This document shows positions 1 through 10,240 of a stretch of 64,000 nucleotides of DNA, piece by piece. The notes beneath the pieces were generated by a model. That model saw only the letters and a list, made by a program, of their open reading frames with translations, was not told the origin of the DNA and searched no databases. A program made the position numbers and the translations under genes. The stretch's first letter is position 1. Every line of letters begins with the position of its first letter. Location: positions 96,001-160,000 of the forward strand of contig CAWHHI010000005.1 in assembly GCA_963829055.1 (NCBI GenBank), given 5' to 3'. This DNA comes from an uncultured Gemmatimonadaceae bacterium. Lineage in GTDB: Bacteria; Gemmatimonadota; Gemmatimonadetes; Gemmatimonadales; Gemmatimonadaceae.

Positions 1-295
1 GGAGTCCCGCGCGTGTGGGGTTTCCGGGAAAGTTGGCATTGACCTTCGCCACGAACATCGATCGCCCGCCGGAGGCCTGGCCGAGCATGCCGGCGGTCTT
101 CATGTGGAAGCCGCCGCCGTCGACGTGGGTCCCGAGCACCGCGGGCGCGATTGATTCGCCCCGCGCGTGTCGGCGAAACGCGTCTTCGACGGCGTCGATG
201 CACGCTCTCATGTCGATGAGGCGATGCACCTCCGCGCGTGACATGATGAGCGTGCGGTGGACCTGCGGCGCTGTTACACGGGACGGCGAGGGCAC
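1..295 (-). CDS. Ornithine cyclodeaminase/mu-crystallin family protein, N-terminal part (runs off window start)
   Basis: Not in the ORF track. My translation gives TLIMSRAEVHRLIDMRACIDAVEDAFRRHARG...GGGFHMKTAG...FVAKVNANFPGNP, a typical OCD-family N-terminus. GTG start at 295 is approximate. Confidence 0.75.
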   Translation of the reverse strand, partial: MPSPSRVTAPQVHRTLIMSRAEVHRLIDMRACIDAVEDAFRRHARGESIAPAVLGTHVDGGGFHMKTAGMLGQASGGRSMFVAKVNANFPGNPTRAGL

Positions 296-406
296 GGGTT
301 CATGGTACTATCACAGTTGAATCATCGCAATGGCGATTGCGAATGGCACAGTTGAAGCATCCGTTGTAGGGTGTCAGCCCCCTTCCCGAACCCACGAGCC
401 GACAAG

Positions 407-1372
407 ATGACGAGCTCACCAATGACATTCCGCGCCGGAATCGCGGTCGTCGCGACCATCGTCGCCTGCAAGCCAGCAACCGATCGCCTGACGCGCGATT
501 CGGCGTCCGGTGAAGTCGCGACAGCCGCAACACAAACGCAGACCGTCGACTGGAAGGCGGTCGACGCCGCCATGGGACGCGCCGCGGTCGTTCAACCCGG
601 CGACGTGCACCGCTTCAACTTTCCGCGGAGCGACATGCACGTGACCGCCGCAGGCGTCGAGATCAAACCATCATTCGCGCTCGGCGGCTGGATCGCGATG
701 AAGGCAGCGGCCGGTGGGGTCGTGGCGATGGGTGATCTCGTCCTCGCGGAAAATGAGCTGACACCGGTCATCACGAAGCTCCAGGCCGCCGGCATCGAGC
801 AGACCGCGATCCACCATCACCTGATTCGTGAGTCGCCGCGGGTGCTGTACGTCCACGTGCACGGCCATGGCGATCCGGTGAAGCTGGCCGAGTCCATTCG
901 CGGTGCGTTGTCGGTGACGAAGGTGCCGCCGGCTGCTCCGGCCGCGGCGACGCCGGCGACAGCGGCTAGCTTCGCGCTCGACACCGTCGCGCTTGCGAAG
1001 ACGCTCGGGTACACGGGGCGCGTCGCGGGCGGCGTGTATCAGGTGAGCGTCCCACGCGCCGAGACCATCCACGACGGAGACTTCGAAGTTCCTCCGTCCA
1101 TGGGGCTCGGGACCGCCATCAACTTCCAGCCGACAGGCGGTGGGAAGGCCGCGATCACCGGAGACTTCGTGATGGTGAGCAGCGAAGTGAATCCCGTGAT
1201 CCGCGCGCTGCGCGATGGCGGCATCGAGGTGGTGTCGTTGCACAGTCATTTGCTCGACGAACAGCCGCGGCTGTTCTTCATGCACTTCTGGGCGAACGAC
1301 GATGCGACGAAGCTGGCGCGTGGCCTTCGCGCCGCGCTGGACAAGACGAACTCGAAGCGGCCGACGCCCTAG
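407..1372 (+). CDS. DUF1259 family lipoprotein (two tandem domains)
   Basis: Lipobox-like IVAC; repeated GDLVL..E...V...L...GIE.TAIHHHL..E.PR..Y.H motifs. Start uncertain. Confidence 0.75.
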   Translation: MTSSPMTFRAGIAVVATIVACKPATDRLTRDSASGEVATAATQTQTVDWKAVDAAMGRAAVVQPGDVHRFNFPRSDMHVTAAGVEIKPSFALGGWIAMKAAAGGVVAMGDLVLAENELTPVITKLQAAGIEQTAIHHHLIRESPRVLYVHVHGHGDPVKLAESIRGALSVTKVPPAAPAAATPATAASFALDTVALAKTLGYTGRVAGGVYQVSVPRAETIHDGDFEVPPSMGLGTAINFQPTGGGKAAITGDFVMVSSEVNPVIRALRDGGIEVVSLHSHLLDEQPRLFFMHFWANDDATKLARGLRAALDKTNSKRPTP

Positions 1373-1548
1373 TGGACTATGAGTTAGATGTTGAGAGCAG
1401 GCGAGGCAGGCCGTATTGCCAGAATCGCCTGCTCTCAACATCTCACGCCTGCTGCACGCGCATCGCCGTTACGCGCTCGATACCGTTCGGTCGCGTCCGC
1501 CTGACGTGGCGCATCGATTCTCCCCTCATCTCAAGGTGAGGTTGAATC

Positions 1549-1836
1549 ATGCTGTCAGCCCGAACGCCAACGCTCTTCCGCCCGCGGACGCCCTCGCGCG
1601 TCGTCCGGCACCGCCACGTAAGCCGCGAGCCGCTCGGCTGCATCGTCGTGCGTCGCATCACGGATGACGCGGGCCGAGCGTGGCGGGTCCGCGAGTTCCG
1701 GTCGACGAGTGGTCTCGGCCTGTTCTTCCGCTGCGACGTCCCGGGCGTGCGGGCCGAGACGCGCGCTGCGGTCGCGCCGCTGGAGTCGTTGGACGAGGAG
1801 CGACTGATCGAGCTGCTGCAGGCCGGCGGCGAGTAA
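1549..1836 (+). CDS. Small hypothetical protein
   Basis: 95-aa ORF with GAGG upstream; RITDDAGRAWRVRE segment; GC-typical codons. Confidence 0.45.
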   Translation: MLSARTPTLFRPRTPSRVVRHRHVSREPLGCIVVRRITDDAGRAWRVREFRSTSGLGLFFRCDVPGVRAETRAAVAPLESLDEERLIELLQAGGE

Positions 1837-1884
1837 CACCCAGCATCCCCGCGGCGCCCGGTCTTCGCGTAGAATGCGAGGACC

Positions 1885-2904
1885 ATGGATACACACCGAA
1901 CACACACGTCGAAGGTTCTGAGCAGGGCGTCGGCCGTCATCACCTGGACGCTCGCCACGTGCGCGCTCGTCGCCTGTAGCTCCGGCGATCGTACGAACGG
2001 CGGCGACTCTGGAAGTGCCGCGGCGTCTCGCGCCAACGATTCGTTAGGCGGTGAGCGCACGCTCGTCGTCTTCAACGCCGGGAGTCTCGCGCTGCCGCTG
2101 CGCGCGGCGCTCGACAGCTTCGCCGCCCGCGAGCACGTGACGGTCCAGCAGGAGAACGCCGGCAGCATCGAGACGGCGCGCAAGCTGACCGAGCTGGGGA
2201 AGATCCCTGATCTCGTCGCCGTCGCCGACTTCGAGGTGATTCCGCTCCTGCTCGTGCCCGAGCACGCGACGTGGTACGCGAAGTTCGCGCACAACCGCAT
2301 GGTGCTCGCGTACGGCGACCGCTCGCGCGGCGCGGCGGAGATCAACACCGGGAACTGGTGGCAGGTGGTGACGCGGCCGGGCGTGCAGGTGGGCCGAGCG
2401 GATCCGAGTCTCGACCCTAACGGCTATCGCACGTTGCTCGTCTGGCAGTTGGCGGAGCGCTTCTACAAGCAGCCGGGCCTCGCGCAACGTCTGCTCGCGA
2501 CGGCGCCGCCGCGCAACGTCAGGCCCAAGGAGGCGGACCTCGTCGGGCTGCTGCAGGCGGGCGAGTTCGACTACATCTGGTCATACGAGTCGATCGCGCA
2601 GGGCATCGGGCTCAAATACGTGACGCTGCCGAAAGAGATCGACCTGAGCGCGGCGAGCGACTCGGCGGCGTATGCGGTGGCGTCGACGCGCGTCGCCGGC
2701 AAGACGCCGCGCGACTCGGTGACGATGCGCGGCCAGCCGATCGTCTACGCGTTCACGGTACCCACGCGCGCGCCGCACGCGGCGCTGGCGGCGAAGTTCG
2801 CGGCGTACCTCGCGTCGGAGGATGGCCGGCGGGTGCTGCGTGGCGCGAAGCTCGACGTGCTGGATCGGTATATCGTGGTGGGGACGGGAGCGCCGACGTT
2901 ATAG
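1885..2904 (+). CDS. Molybdate/tungstate ABC transporter substrate-binding lipoprotein (WtpA/ModA-like)
   Basis: FNAGSL, AGSIETARK, ADPSLDPNGYR, DYIWSYES and PIVYAFTVP motifs of WtpA-type binding proteins; lipobox LVAC. Confidence 0.85.
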   Translation: MDTHRTHTSKVLSRASAVITWTLATCALVACSSGDRTNGGDSGSAAASRANDSLGGERTLVVFNAGSLALPLRAALDSFAAREHVTVQQENAGSIETARKLTELGKIPDLVAVADFEVIPLLLVPEHATWYAKFAHNRMVLAYGDRSRGAAEINTGNWWQVVTRPGVQVGRADPSLDPNGYRTLLVWQLAERFYKQPGLAQRLLATAPPRNVRPKEADLVGLLQAGEFDYIWSYESIAQGIGLKYVTLPKEIDLSAASDSAAYAVASTRVAGKTPRDSVTMRGQPIVYAFTVPTRAPHAALAAKFAAYLASEDGRRVLRGAKLDVLDRYIVVGTGAPTL

Positions 2905-3112
2905 GCCGGAGGAAGGAGGCCAGCGAGGCTAGGAAGGAGGCCGTAGGAAGGAGGAGTAAAAGCACTGTCATCCCGAGGAGCGCCAGCGACGAGGGACCTT
3001 CTGTCATGGCATCGTAGCCAGGCCGGCCACCATGACGTTCGAGAGGTCCCTCGCTGGCGCTCGGGATGACAATGCTCCCCAGGCCTCCTCCTCCTCCTCC
3101 TTCCTCCTTCCT
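2903..3112. repeat. Family A palindromic element (GTCATCCCGAG...CTCGGGATGAC, 2967-3070) inside AGGAAGG/CCTTCCT arms
   Basis: About 100-bp imperfect hairpin between convergent genes, with purine-rich left and pyrimidine-rich right arms. Confidence 0.85.
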
Positions 3113-3945
3113 CATTCGAGCGCCGCGATGAGCTGGAACATCGGATTGTCCGGCGTGATCGCATAGCCATCCTCCACGCCCCAGACCAACGACAGCACCG
3201 CCTGCGCGAAAGCCCAGCGCGTGATCCGCTCACGGTCGAGCGATAGGCGCGACGAGAACACCCGCACTCGTCTTTCTATAGTCGCCGAGTCCGTGAAGAC
3301 CTCCGGCCGTTCGGCCGGATTGCGGAGTGAGGCGCCGAGCTCGTACTCGAGCTCACCGATCACGCCCTTGGGGTCGATCGCGACCCATCCGCGCTCGCGG
3401 TCGCGCAAGATGTTGTAGTGCTGAAGGTCGCCGTGCAGGAGCCGAGTGGGGCCTTGTGACTCGCAGAGATCGTCGTAGACGCGAGCGGCACGTCTGACGA
3501 GGGCTTCAGGAATCTGCGTGTCGCCAGTGGCCAGGTAGCGTGTGAACGCGCGACCCCAATCGGCCACGGTCGGACAGACCGCCGGAGGATTGCCCGGCGA
3601 CATGGACGCGATCACGTCCGCCAGGATGTTCGTGGCTTGGTCATCATCGCCCGTGCAGGCGAGCTCCGCGAGCGACGTTCCCGGCTCGAGTCGCTCGAGC
3701 AGCATGGCGCCATCCACGTGCTCGTACACGCGGACCACACCGCGACCCGCGAACGCGTCCAGCACCTCGCCCGAGCGCCACTCGTCGCCGCGCTGCTTCA
3801 CGACTTTGAGCACGACGGGCCGGTCGTCACGCCGACCGTAGCTGATCACGGAGCTCGGCGTCTCGAACGACTCGTCGACGATCACGCGCCAGTCACGCGC
3901 CAGCTCGGCGCCGCGGTCACTCGGATTGGGCATACTGGCCGTCAT
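3112..3945 (-). CDS. Aminoglycoside/hydroxyurea kinase, APH(6)-like
   Basis: VVLKV, AMLLERLEPG, LLHGDLQHYNIL and WVAIDPKGVIGE motifs. Confidence 0.85.
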   Translation of the reverse strand: MTASMPNPSDRGAELARDWRVIVDESFETPSSVISYGRRDDRPVVLKVVKQRGDEWRSGEVLDAFAGRGVVRVYEHVDGAMLLERLEPGTSLAELACTGDDDQATNILADVIASMSPGNPPAVCPTVADWGRAFTRYLATGDTQIPEALVRRAARVYDDLCESQGPTRLLHGDLQHYNILRDRERGWVAIDPKGVIGELEYELGASLRNPAERPEVFTDSATIERRVRVFSSRLSLDRERITRWAFAQAVLSLVWGVEDGYAITPDNPMFQLIAALE

Positions 3946-3959
3946 CGCTCGCTGGAATT

Positions 3960-4068
3960 GGGTCAGGACCGGGACTGGGGACTGGGAGTGGGGACAAGGA
4001 ACTGCTGCTTCTGTTCCCGGTCCCGAGTCCCCAGTCCCGAGTCCCCAGTCCCCAGACCCCAGTCCCCA
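3960..4068. repeat. Inverted heptamer tandem repeats (GGGACTG)n ... (CAGTCCC)n
   Basis: gggactggggactgggagtgggga faces gtcccgagtccccagtcccgagtccccagtccccag. A similar tract lies at 32594-32627. Confidence 0.8.
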
Positions 4069-4175
4069 GCGTTGTCGATCTCGCCAGGTGCTGTTCGACG
4101 TCCATGTAGAGGTCAGCAGCGCCGGTCGAATCCCGGCCGCATCAATATCGAAGTCACCTGCCCGGAGGCACGACG

Positions 4176-4589
4176 ATGAGCACCATAGCTATCTCCACCG
4201 GCCGCACGAAGCTCAGCATCTCCCGCGTCACCGTCGGGCGGGTCATCTCGGGTTTCGCCGTCCTGTTCCTCGTCTTCGACACGGTCATCAAGTTCACGCA
4301 CCACCCCTCCGTCGCGGAGTCCATGACGCAGCTCGGCTACCCCGTGTCGAGGGCGTTGGCGCTCGGCGTTATCGAGTTGCTCTGCCTCGCAGTCTACCTC
4401 GTCCCCCGCACGTCGGTCCTTGGTGCCGTCATCCTGACGGGCTACCTTGGCGGCGCGATCGCGTCCCACGTCCGCGTCGGCAATCCGCTCTTCAGCCACG
4501 TGTTGTTCCCGATCTACATCGCGGCCATGCTCTGGGGAGGACTCTACCTCCGCGACGCGCGCGTGCGCTCGATCATCTCGGCGCGCTGA
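4176..4589 (+). CDS. DoxX family membrane protein
   Basis: LYLVPRTSVLGAVILTGYLGGAIASHVRVG-type motif; 4 hydrophobic segments; GGAGG RBS. Confidence 0.85.
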   Translation: MSTIAISTGRTKLSISRVTVGRVISGFAVLFLVFDTVIKFTHHPSVAESMTQLGYPVSRALALGVIELLCLAVYLVPRTSVLGAVILTGYLGGAIASHVRVGNPLFSHVLFPIYIAAMLWGGLYLRDARVRSIISAR

Positions 4590-4626
4590 ACTGACACACC
4601 ACGCGAACACCACTCAAGGAGACGCG

Positions 4627-5109
4627 ATGGCACCGGCGAAGAAGAAGGCGTCGTCCACGACCCCGACGTTCCGCGCGACCATCAAGGCCAGCGGCAAGAC
4701 CGCCACCGGAATCCAGGTGCCGGCGGCGGCAGTCGAGCAACTCGGGTCGAGCAAGCGGCCGGCGGTGAGAGCGACGATCAACGGGTACACGTATCGCACG
4801 AGCGTCGCGTCGATGGGTGGCGTCTTCATGCTCCCGGTCAGCGCCGAGGTTCGCGAACGTGCGGGAGTCGCTGCCGGCGACTCGGTGGACGTTCATCTCG
4901 AGCTCGACACGGAGCCGCGCGAGGTCACGGTGCCGCCGGACTTCGCCACCGCGCTCGCTGGCAACGCACCGGCGAAGCGCTTCTTCGATGGCCTGTCCTA
5001 CAGCAACCAACGCCGCTTCGTGCTCTCCATCGACGGCGCGAAGACTGACGAGACTCGGCAGCGCCGGATCGAGAAGTCGATCGCCATGCTGCAGGGCGGG
5101 AAGGTGTAG
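4627..5109 (+). CDS. DUF1905 + YdeI/OmpD-associated domain protein
   Basis: RPAVRATINGYTYRTSVASMGG...VTVPPDF..AL...FDGLSYSNQRR...AKTDETRQRRIEK; AAGGAG RBS. Confidence 0.85.
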   Translation: MAPAKKKASSTTPTFRATIKASGKTATGIQVPAAAVEQLGSSKRPAVRATINGYTYRTSVASMGGVFMLPVSAEVRERAGVAAGDSVDVHLELDTEPREVTVPPDFATALAGNAPAKRFFDGLSYSNQRRFVLSIDGAKTDETRQRRIEKSIAMLQGGKV

Positions 5110-5122
5110 TACCTTGCCCCGT

Positions 5123-5244
5123 GTCATCCCGAGCGGCAGCGAGGGATCTTCCGTGAAGTATTCGTAGCCTTCGCTGGCTACGATGCCATCACAGAAGATC
5201 CCTCGCTGTCGCTCGGGATGACAATCGCTGCCGCTCGGGATGAC
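5123..5244. repeat. Family A palindromic element with duplicated right end
   Basis: GTCATCCCGAGCGGCAGCGAGGGATCTT...AAGATCCCTCGCTGTCGCTCGGGATGAC, then a second GCTCGGGATGAC. Confidence 0.9.
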
Positions 5245-5253
5245 AATACGTTC

Positions 5254-5661
5254 TCAGTGCGCCGCCGCGTTAGGCGCGGCGGTCGCGACCTCCAGCTGGC
5301 TCGAGCCCGGCTGGTAATACGTGAGCGGCCGAACCTCGAACGCGCCACCCGGATTCGCCTGTCCCAGATCCTTCGCGACCTGCATCGCGTCCTCGTCCGT
5401 GTCGCAGTCGATCACGTAGAAGCCGAGGATCTGCTCCTTCGTCTCGGCGTACGGACCGTCGGTCACCAGGAACGGCTCGCGGTCCTTGTGGAGCGTCCGC
5501 GCGCTGGACGTCTGCCCGAGCCGAGCGACGGCGCCGAGCTTGCCGCGCTTCGCGAGCTTGTCCTGCACGGCGATGAGCTTCGTCATCACGTCGGCATCGT
5601 GCTCCCTGGTCCAGGAGCCGACCGTCTTCTCGCAGTTGTAGCAGAGGATGGTGTAGAGCAT
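5254..5661 (-). CDS. YciI family protein
   Basis: VTDGPYAETKEQILGFYVIDC...EVRP signature; ATG at 5661. Confidence 0.9.
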   Translation of the reverse strand: MLYTILCYNCEKTVGSWTREHDADVMTKLIAVQDKLAKRGKLGAVARLGQTSSARTLHKDREPFLVTDGPYAETKEQILGFYVIDCDTDEDAMQVAKDLGQANPGGAFEVRPLTYYQPGSSQLEVATAAPNAAAH

Positions 5662-6195
5662 TGGAGTTGGTTCGACGTCGGTGAAAGACAAGGCGGGCAC
5701 GAGCGCGCTGGCATGCGCGACGAGCCGTACTCGAAGATGACCTCGGTGCCGCGGTCCAGCCAGTGCAATCCGTGCCGGGACCACGCGTTAGGGCTCCCGA
5801 ACACGCTGGATCGAGAAATGCCCGCCGAGCTCGACAAACGCGAGGCGCAGGGCCGCGCCGCGAGCAGCAAGGGCGGCGGCGCGAAAGCCCGGTCGACGCC
5901 ATGCACGTCGACGCGCCCAAAAAGCAGGACAACACCCGGGGTCCTAAACAGCGCAAGCGCGCGTAGTCGGCTGAGGGCAGCATGCTGCGTCCACCGGAGC
6001 TTGCTGCTTGTAGGTCGCATCGGCGGCTCGCAGCGTGCTGCGACCAGCGGCTGCGTGAAGCGTGGGCTGCGTGCGACACGCAGCTCCACGTAGCACGTGG
6101 CCGCTGTTGGTAGCACACAGCAAGTGGCCGATGCGACGTGCAAGCAGCACCGTGCTCCAGCATGCTGCCTCTTCCTGTTCAAACCCTCGTGAGGC

Positions 6196-6208
6196 ATAGA
6201 TTGTCTAT
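6196..6208. promoter_or_regulatory. Candidate operator palindrome ATAGA-TTG-TCTAT
   Basis: AT-rich inverted repeat about 50 bp upstream of the ADOP permease start. Confidence 0.4.
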
Positions 6209-6257
6209 CCCCTAGCCACCCTCGTCAGGCCGCCCGCCCTCACTCGGTACCGCCGCC

Positions 6258-8921
6258 ATGCGCGAACTGTTCGCCCGCCTGTTCGACTGGCTACGGCGAG
6301 ATCGACTCGACGCCGAGCTGACCGAGGAGCTCTCCTTCCACCGTCGCCAGCTCGAGCGCGACATTCCGGGTGACGCCACCGTCGCGCGACGACGCATGGG
6401 CAACGTGACACGCGTGCGCGAGGAAGCGCGCGACCGATGGTCCGTCCCATGGTTCGACCATCTTCAGCAGGACGTCCGCTACGCGTTCCGCGGGCTCCGC
6501 CGCTCACCCGGCTTCACCGCCGCCGTCGTCATCACGCTCGGACTCGGCATCGGCGCGAACGCGGCGATGTTCAACGTGATCGACCAGCTGATGTTCCGAC
6601 CGTTCGCGTACCTGCGCGATCCGGACCATGTCCAGCGCGTGTACCTCCGGACTCCGGGACGAGACCGTCTACTCACGTCCGAGTCGTTCCCGTACTCGCG
6701 TTATCTCGACCTCAGAAAATGGACGACGTCGTTCTCGCAGTACGCGGCGTTCTACCCGACGATGGTCGCGGTGGGCACGGGAACCGCGTCGCGCGAGCGG
6801 CCGATCGCCGCCGTCACGGCGAGCTACTTCGACTTCTTCGACGCGCGCCCGGCGCTCGGTCGCTACTTCGTCGCGTCCGAAGACACGACGCCAGCCGGCG
6901 CCAGTGTCGCGGTGCTGAGCCACGCGTTCTGGCAGACCGAGTTCGGCGGCCGCAACGTGATCGGCCAGCCCATTCAGATCGACAACATCGTATGCACGAT
7001 CATCGGCGTCGCACCCAAGGGTTTCACGGGCGTCGCGGAGCGTAGCGCCCCCGACGTCTTTCTTCCCATGACGACCTTCGGCGCGCATCAGCCGGGCAAC
7101 TCATCAGTGCGGTACTGGGTGAACTACACCTGGGACTGGGCCGAGATGATCGTGCGTCTCAAGCCTAACGTGACGCATGCCCGAGCGAACGCCGATCTCA
7201 CACAGGCGTACGTCAAGAGCCGAGACGCCGCGCGTCGTATTCATGCGTTCCTGCCGCGGACCGACGTGCAGCCACCCGTCGCCGTCGCCGGTGCGCTCAA
7301 GACCGCCGCCGGTCCGTACCCGGGCCTCGAGGCGCGCACGCTCGTGTGGGTAACCGGCGTCGCCGCCATCGTGCTGCTCATCGCCTGCGCAAACGTCGCG
7401 AACCTGTTCCTGTCTCGCGCGCTGCGCCGCCGCCGTGAGATCGCGCTTCGTCTCGCACTCGGCGTCACGCGACAGCGGCTCGTATCCCAGTCCCTGACCG
7501 AGAGCCTCGTGCTGTCGTTCATCGGCTGCGCTGTCGGCATCGCGGTCGCGCAGTGGGGCGGATTGGTGCTGCGACGCCTCGTCCTCCCGACCGATGCGAC
7601 CATCGACGTGGTGACAGACTGGCGCACGTTAGGCGTCGCGGTGGCGGCGGCGCTGATCGCCGGCGTGCTGACGGGCATCGCACCCGTACTCCTCGCCGAG
7701 CATGGCGATATCATCAAGGCGCTCAAGGCCGGCGTGCGGGAGGGCACGCACCAACGGTCACGCGCTCGATCGTCGCTGCTCGTCGTGCAGGTCGTGCTCT
7801 CGGTGCTGCTCCTCGTGGGCGCCGGACTGTTCGTGCGCAGTCTGAACCACGTGAGCCGAGTCCACCTCGGTTACGACGCGAACCCGGTGCTGCTCGCGCG
7901 GTGGAACCGGCGCGGCGAGCAGGTGTCGACGAGCGAGCGCGTGACCATCCGCCGCCGTGTCCTCGACGCCGCGCGGGCGATTCCCGGCGTCGAGCGCGCG
8001 GCGTGGGCGAGCAACGTCCCTATCCAGGGGACGTCGACCATGTCGTTGTTCGTGCCCGGCATCGATTCGGTCGCCCGCCTCGGTCGTTTCACGTACCAGA
8101 CGGCGAGCACCGAGTACTTCGAGACGATCGGCACGCGGATCGTTCGCGGCCGGTCGTTCACGTCGGCGGACGCGGTCGGTGCGCCGAACGTGGCGGTGGT
8201 GAGCGAGGCCATGGCTCGCGTGCTGTGGCCCAACCAGGACGCGTTAGGCCAGTGCATGCGTCTCGGTGCCGACTCGATGCCGTGCACGCGCGTGGTGGGA
8301 GTGGCGGAGGACGCGGTGCACGATCCGGTGAAAGACCAGCCGCTGCGCTACTATCTACCGCTCGACCAGGTCCCCTCGGAGGGTAGCTCGTTGCTCGTGC
8401 TGCGGATGGCCGGCCAACCAGCCGCGCTGGCCGAGAACGTGCGCCGCGCGCTTCAAGCGGTCATGCCCGGGCAGCAGTACATCACCGTGCAGCCGCTCGC
8501 GGACCTGCTCGACGATCAGCGGCGATCGTGGCGACTCGGCGCGACGATGTTCGTCGCGTTCGGCGTGCTCGCGCTCATCGTGGCGGCGGTGGGACTGTAT
8601 GGCGTCATCGCGTACAACGTCGGGCAGCGGATGCACGAGCTTGGGGTGCGCCGAGCGCTCGGCGCGCAGGCGGGAGACGTCGTGCGTCTGGTGATGGGCC
8701 AGGGTGTGCGGCTCGCCGTGTTAGGCATTGCCGTCGGCGGGCTGATGGCGCTCGCGGTCGCGCGGTTCGTCGAGCCGTTGCTCTTCCGGCAATCGGCGAC
8801 GGACCCGGCGGTGTTCTTCGTCGTCGGCGCGCTGTTGCTCGCGGTCGCCATCGTCGCGTGCGCGGTGCCGGCGGCGAAGGCGATGCACGCCGATCCGAAT
8901 ACGGTGCTACGGGCTGACTAG
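6258..8921 (+). CDS. ADOP-family duplicated ABC permease (MacB-PCD/FtsX x2)
   Basis: QDVRYAFRGLRRSPGF, LLIACANVANL, RRREIALRLALG and ELGVRRALGA; 887 aa. Confidence 0.92.
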   Translation: MRELFARLFDWLRRDRLDAELTEELSFHRRQLERDIPGDATVARRRMGNVTRVREEARDRWSVPWFDHLQQDVRYAFRGLRRSPGFTAAVVITLGLGIGANAAMFNVIDQLMFRPFAYLRDPDHVQRVYLRTPGRDRLLTSESFPYSRYLDLRKWTTSFSQYAAFYPTMVAVGTGTASRERPIAAVTASYFDFFDARPALGRYFVASEDTTPAGASVAVLSHAFWQTEFGGRNVIGQPIQIDNIVCTIIGVAPKGFTGVAERSAPDVFLPMTTFGAHQPGNSSVRYWVNYTWDWAEMIVRLKPNVTHARANADLTQAYVKSRDAARRIHAFLPRTDVQPPVAVAGALKTAAGPYPGLEARTLVWVTGVAAIVLLIACANVANLFLSRALRRRREIALRLALGVTRQRLVSQSLTESLVLSFIGCAVGIAVAQWGGLVLRRLVLPTDATIDVVTDWRTLGVAVAAALIAGVLTGIAPVLLAEHGDIIKALKAGVREGTHQRSRARSSLLVVQVVLSVLLLVGAGLFVRSLNHVSRVHLGYDANPVLLARWNRRGEQVSTSERVTIRRRVLDAARAIPGVERAAWASNVPIQGTSTMSLFVPGIDSVARLGRFTYQTASTEYFETIGTRIVRGRSFTSADAVGAPNVAVVSEAMARVLWPNQDALGQCMRLGADSMPCTRVVGVAEDAVHDPVKDQPLRYYLPLDQVPSEGSSLLVLRMAGQPAALAENVRRALQAVMPGQQYITVQPLADLLDDQRRSWRLGATMFVAFGVLALIVAAVGLYGVIAYNVGQRMHELGVRRALGAQAGDVVRLVMGQGVRLAVLGIAVGGLMALAVARFVEPLLFRQSATDPAVFFVVGALLLAVAIVACAVPAAKAMHADPNTVLRAD

Positions 8922-8936
8922 GTGAAAATGCCAGAC

Positions 8937-9494
8937 TCATCGTCGGTCTGCGGGTCTGACCCATCGCGCAGAGCCAGCCGTGCTGTCGATCATGCGCTCG
9001 AACCGGCGGAGCTGCTCGATGATGTTCACCACCGAATGATCCGATCGCGCGAAGCAGCCATGGTAGTCCTCGACACGCTTCGCCCCGGCCTTGCGGAAGA
9101 GCGTCACGGTTGCGGTGGGGTGATCGGTCGCTTCGTCCGGGCAGAATCGCTTGTCGCTCGCGATGACGTCGGGCAGCGTGTCGAATCCGAGCGTGCTTGC
9201 TTGCGCGACGAGACGCTGCACGACCGCTGGCGTTAGGCGGTCGGTGGCGGTACGGCCGCTATCGCCAGGGTTCCGGGACTCGAACGCCACATCGCCCAAT
9301 GCGGCCACCCGCAGACGGTATGCCGGGCACGTGCCGTAGCAGCGCGTGCGCTCGAGTACGATGCTGTCCACGCCGGTCACGCTCGCCGAGTGCTCCTCGT
9401 GGGGCGGCTGGTGACAGGATGACAGCGCGTGGATCGCGAGGACCAGTCCGACGCGAGCTGTCGGGCGAGGGTGACGACAGATGATGGGATCCAT
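8937..9494 (-). CDS. DUF6438-like secreted/lipoprotein
   Basis: IVLERTRCYGTCPAYRL and ATDHPT motifs. Start uncertain. Confidence 0.7.
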   Translation of the reverse strand: MDPIICRHPRPTARVGLVLAIHALSSCHQPPHEEHSASVTGVDSIVLERTRCYGTCPAYRLRVAALGDVAFESRNPGDSGRTATDRLTPAVVQRLVAQASTLGFDTLPDVIASDKRFCPDEATDHPTATVTLFRKAGAKRVEDYHGCFARSDHSVVNIIEQLRRFERMIDSTAGSARWVRPADRR

Positions 9495-9567
9495 GCGGCG
9501 CTTACCTGCACACGGTGGCTTATTCAATACGTTGGACAACTGCGTCTACGACAACGGCGGGAACTGC

Positions 9568-9660
9568 ATGACAGGATGGCCAGGATGGACAGGATTGGCG
9601 GGATGGCGGCAACTGCAACGGCAACCGCATGACAGGATTGGCAGGATGGACAGGATTGAA
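9568..9660. repeat. Nonamer tandem repeats (GACAGGATG/T)
   Basis: Two blocks of acaggatgg/caggattgg separated by gcaactgcaacggcaac. Confidence 0.75.
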
Positions 9661-9745
9661 CAGAGGCTCCGTGTCGCGCCCAACCCCCCTCCCGCAACGA
9701 GCCCAGTATGGGGGGAACGGCCGCTCGGGACGCCACTCTCCCACT

Positions 9746-10105
9746 TTACTTCTGTGCCTTCGTCTCCCAGTGAAATCTGTGAAGGACGTGATGGAAGGTC
9801 GGCGCGAGGACGAGCGCCGTCACGGCGAGGAACACCAACCCGGAGTACAGCGAGAAGATGCCGGCGAAGATCTTCCCCGACGAGGTACTGAGTGGGGTCA
9901 CGGGTCCCATGCCGCCGAGCAGCATGCAGACGTTCACGAACGCGTCGATCCACTCCAGATCCGCCAGCCAGTGGTAGCCAACCATGCCCACCGCGAGTGA
10001 CACCAGGACCAGGGCCCCGGCATACGACATCGGCCGTGACATGCGCTGGAACAACAGGCGGCGCGTCGGTGCTTCCACGGGATCGATCCTCCTGAAGCGG
10101 ATCAT
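9746..10105 (-). CDS. Small 2-TM membrane protein, ion-channel pore-like
   Basis: GMVGYHWLADLEWIDAFVNVCMLLGGMGP...GKIFAGIFSLYSGLVF fits TM-pore helix-TM layout. Confidence 0.7.
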   Translation of the reverse strand: MIRFRRIDPVEAPTRRLLFQRMSRPMSYAGALVLVSLAVGMVGYHWLADLEWIDAFVNVCMLLGGMGPVTPLSTSSGKIFAGIFSLYSGLVFLAVTALVLAPTFHHVLHRFHWETKAQK

Positions 10106-10240
10106 GGGTGAGCTACGCACCGAGCTCGACCCGCGCAACCGGTTGACTGATGCGAGCGAGCCCGCGGGTACCATGCCCGCGGGCTCGCTGCCTAACGCTT
10201 CTCCATCGACCACGCGGCGCTGGTGGCGGATGGCAGAACG

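Noticed and set aside
3112..3945. Acquired streptomycin resistance gene strB
   Set aside because: Only family-level motifs, host-like GC and no mobile context.
5680..5960. Possible small gene between yciI and the ADOP permease
   Set aside because: No frame gave a recognisable motif or convincing start.
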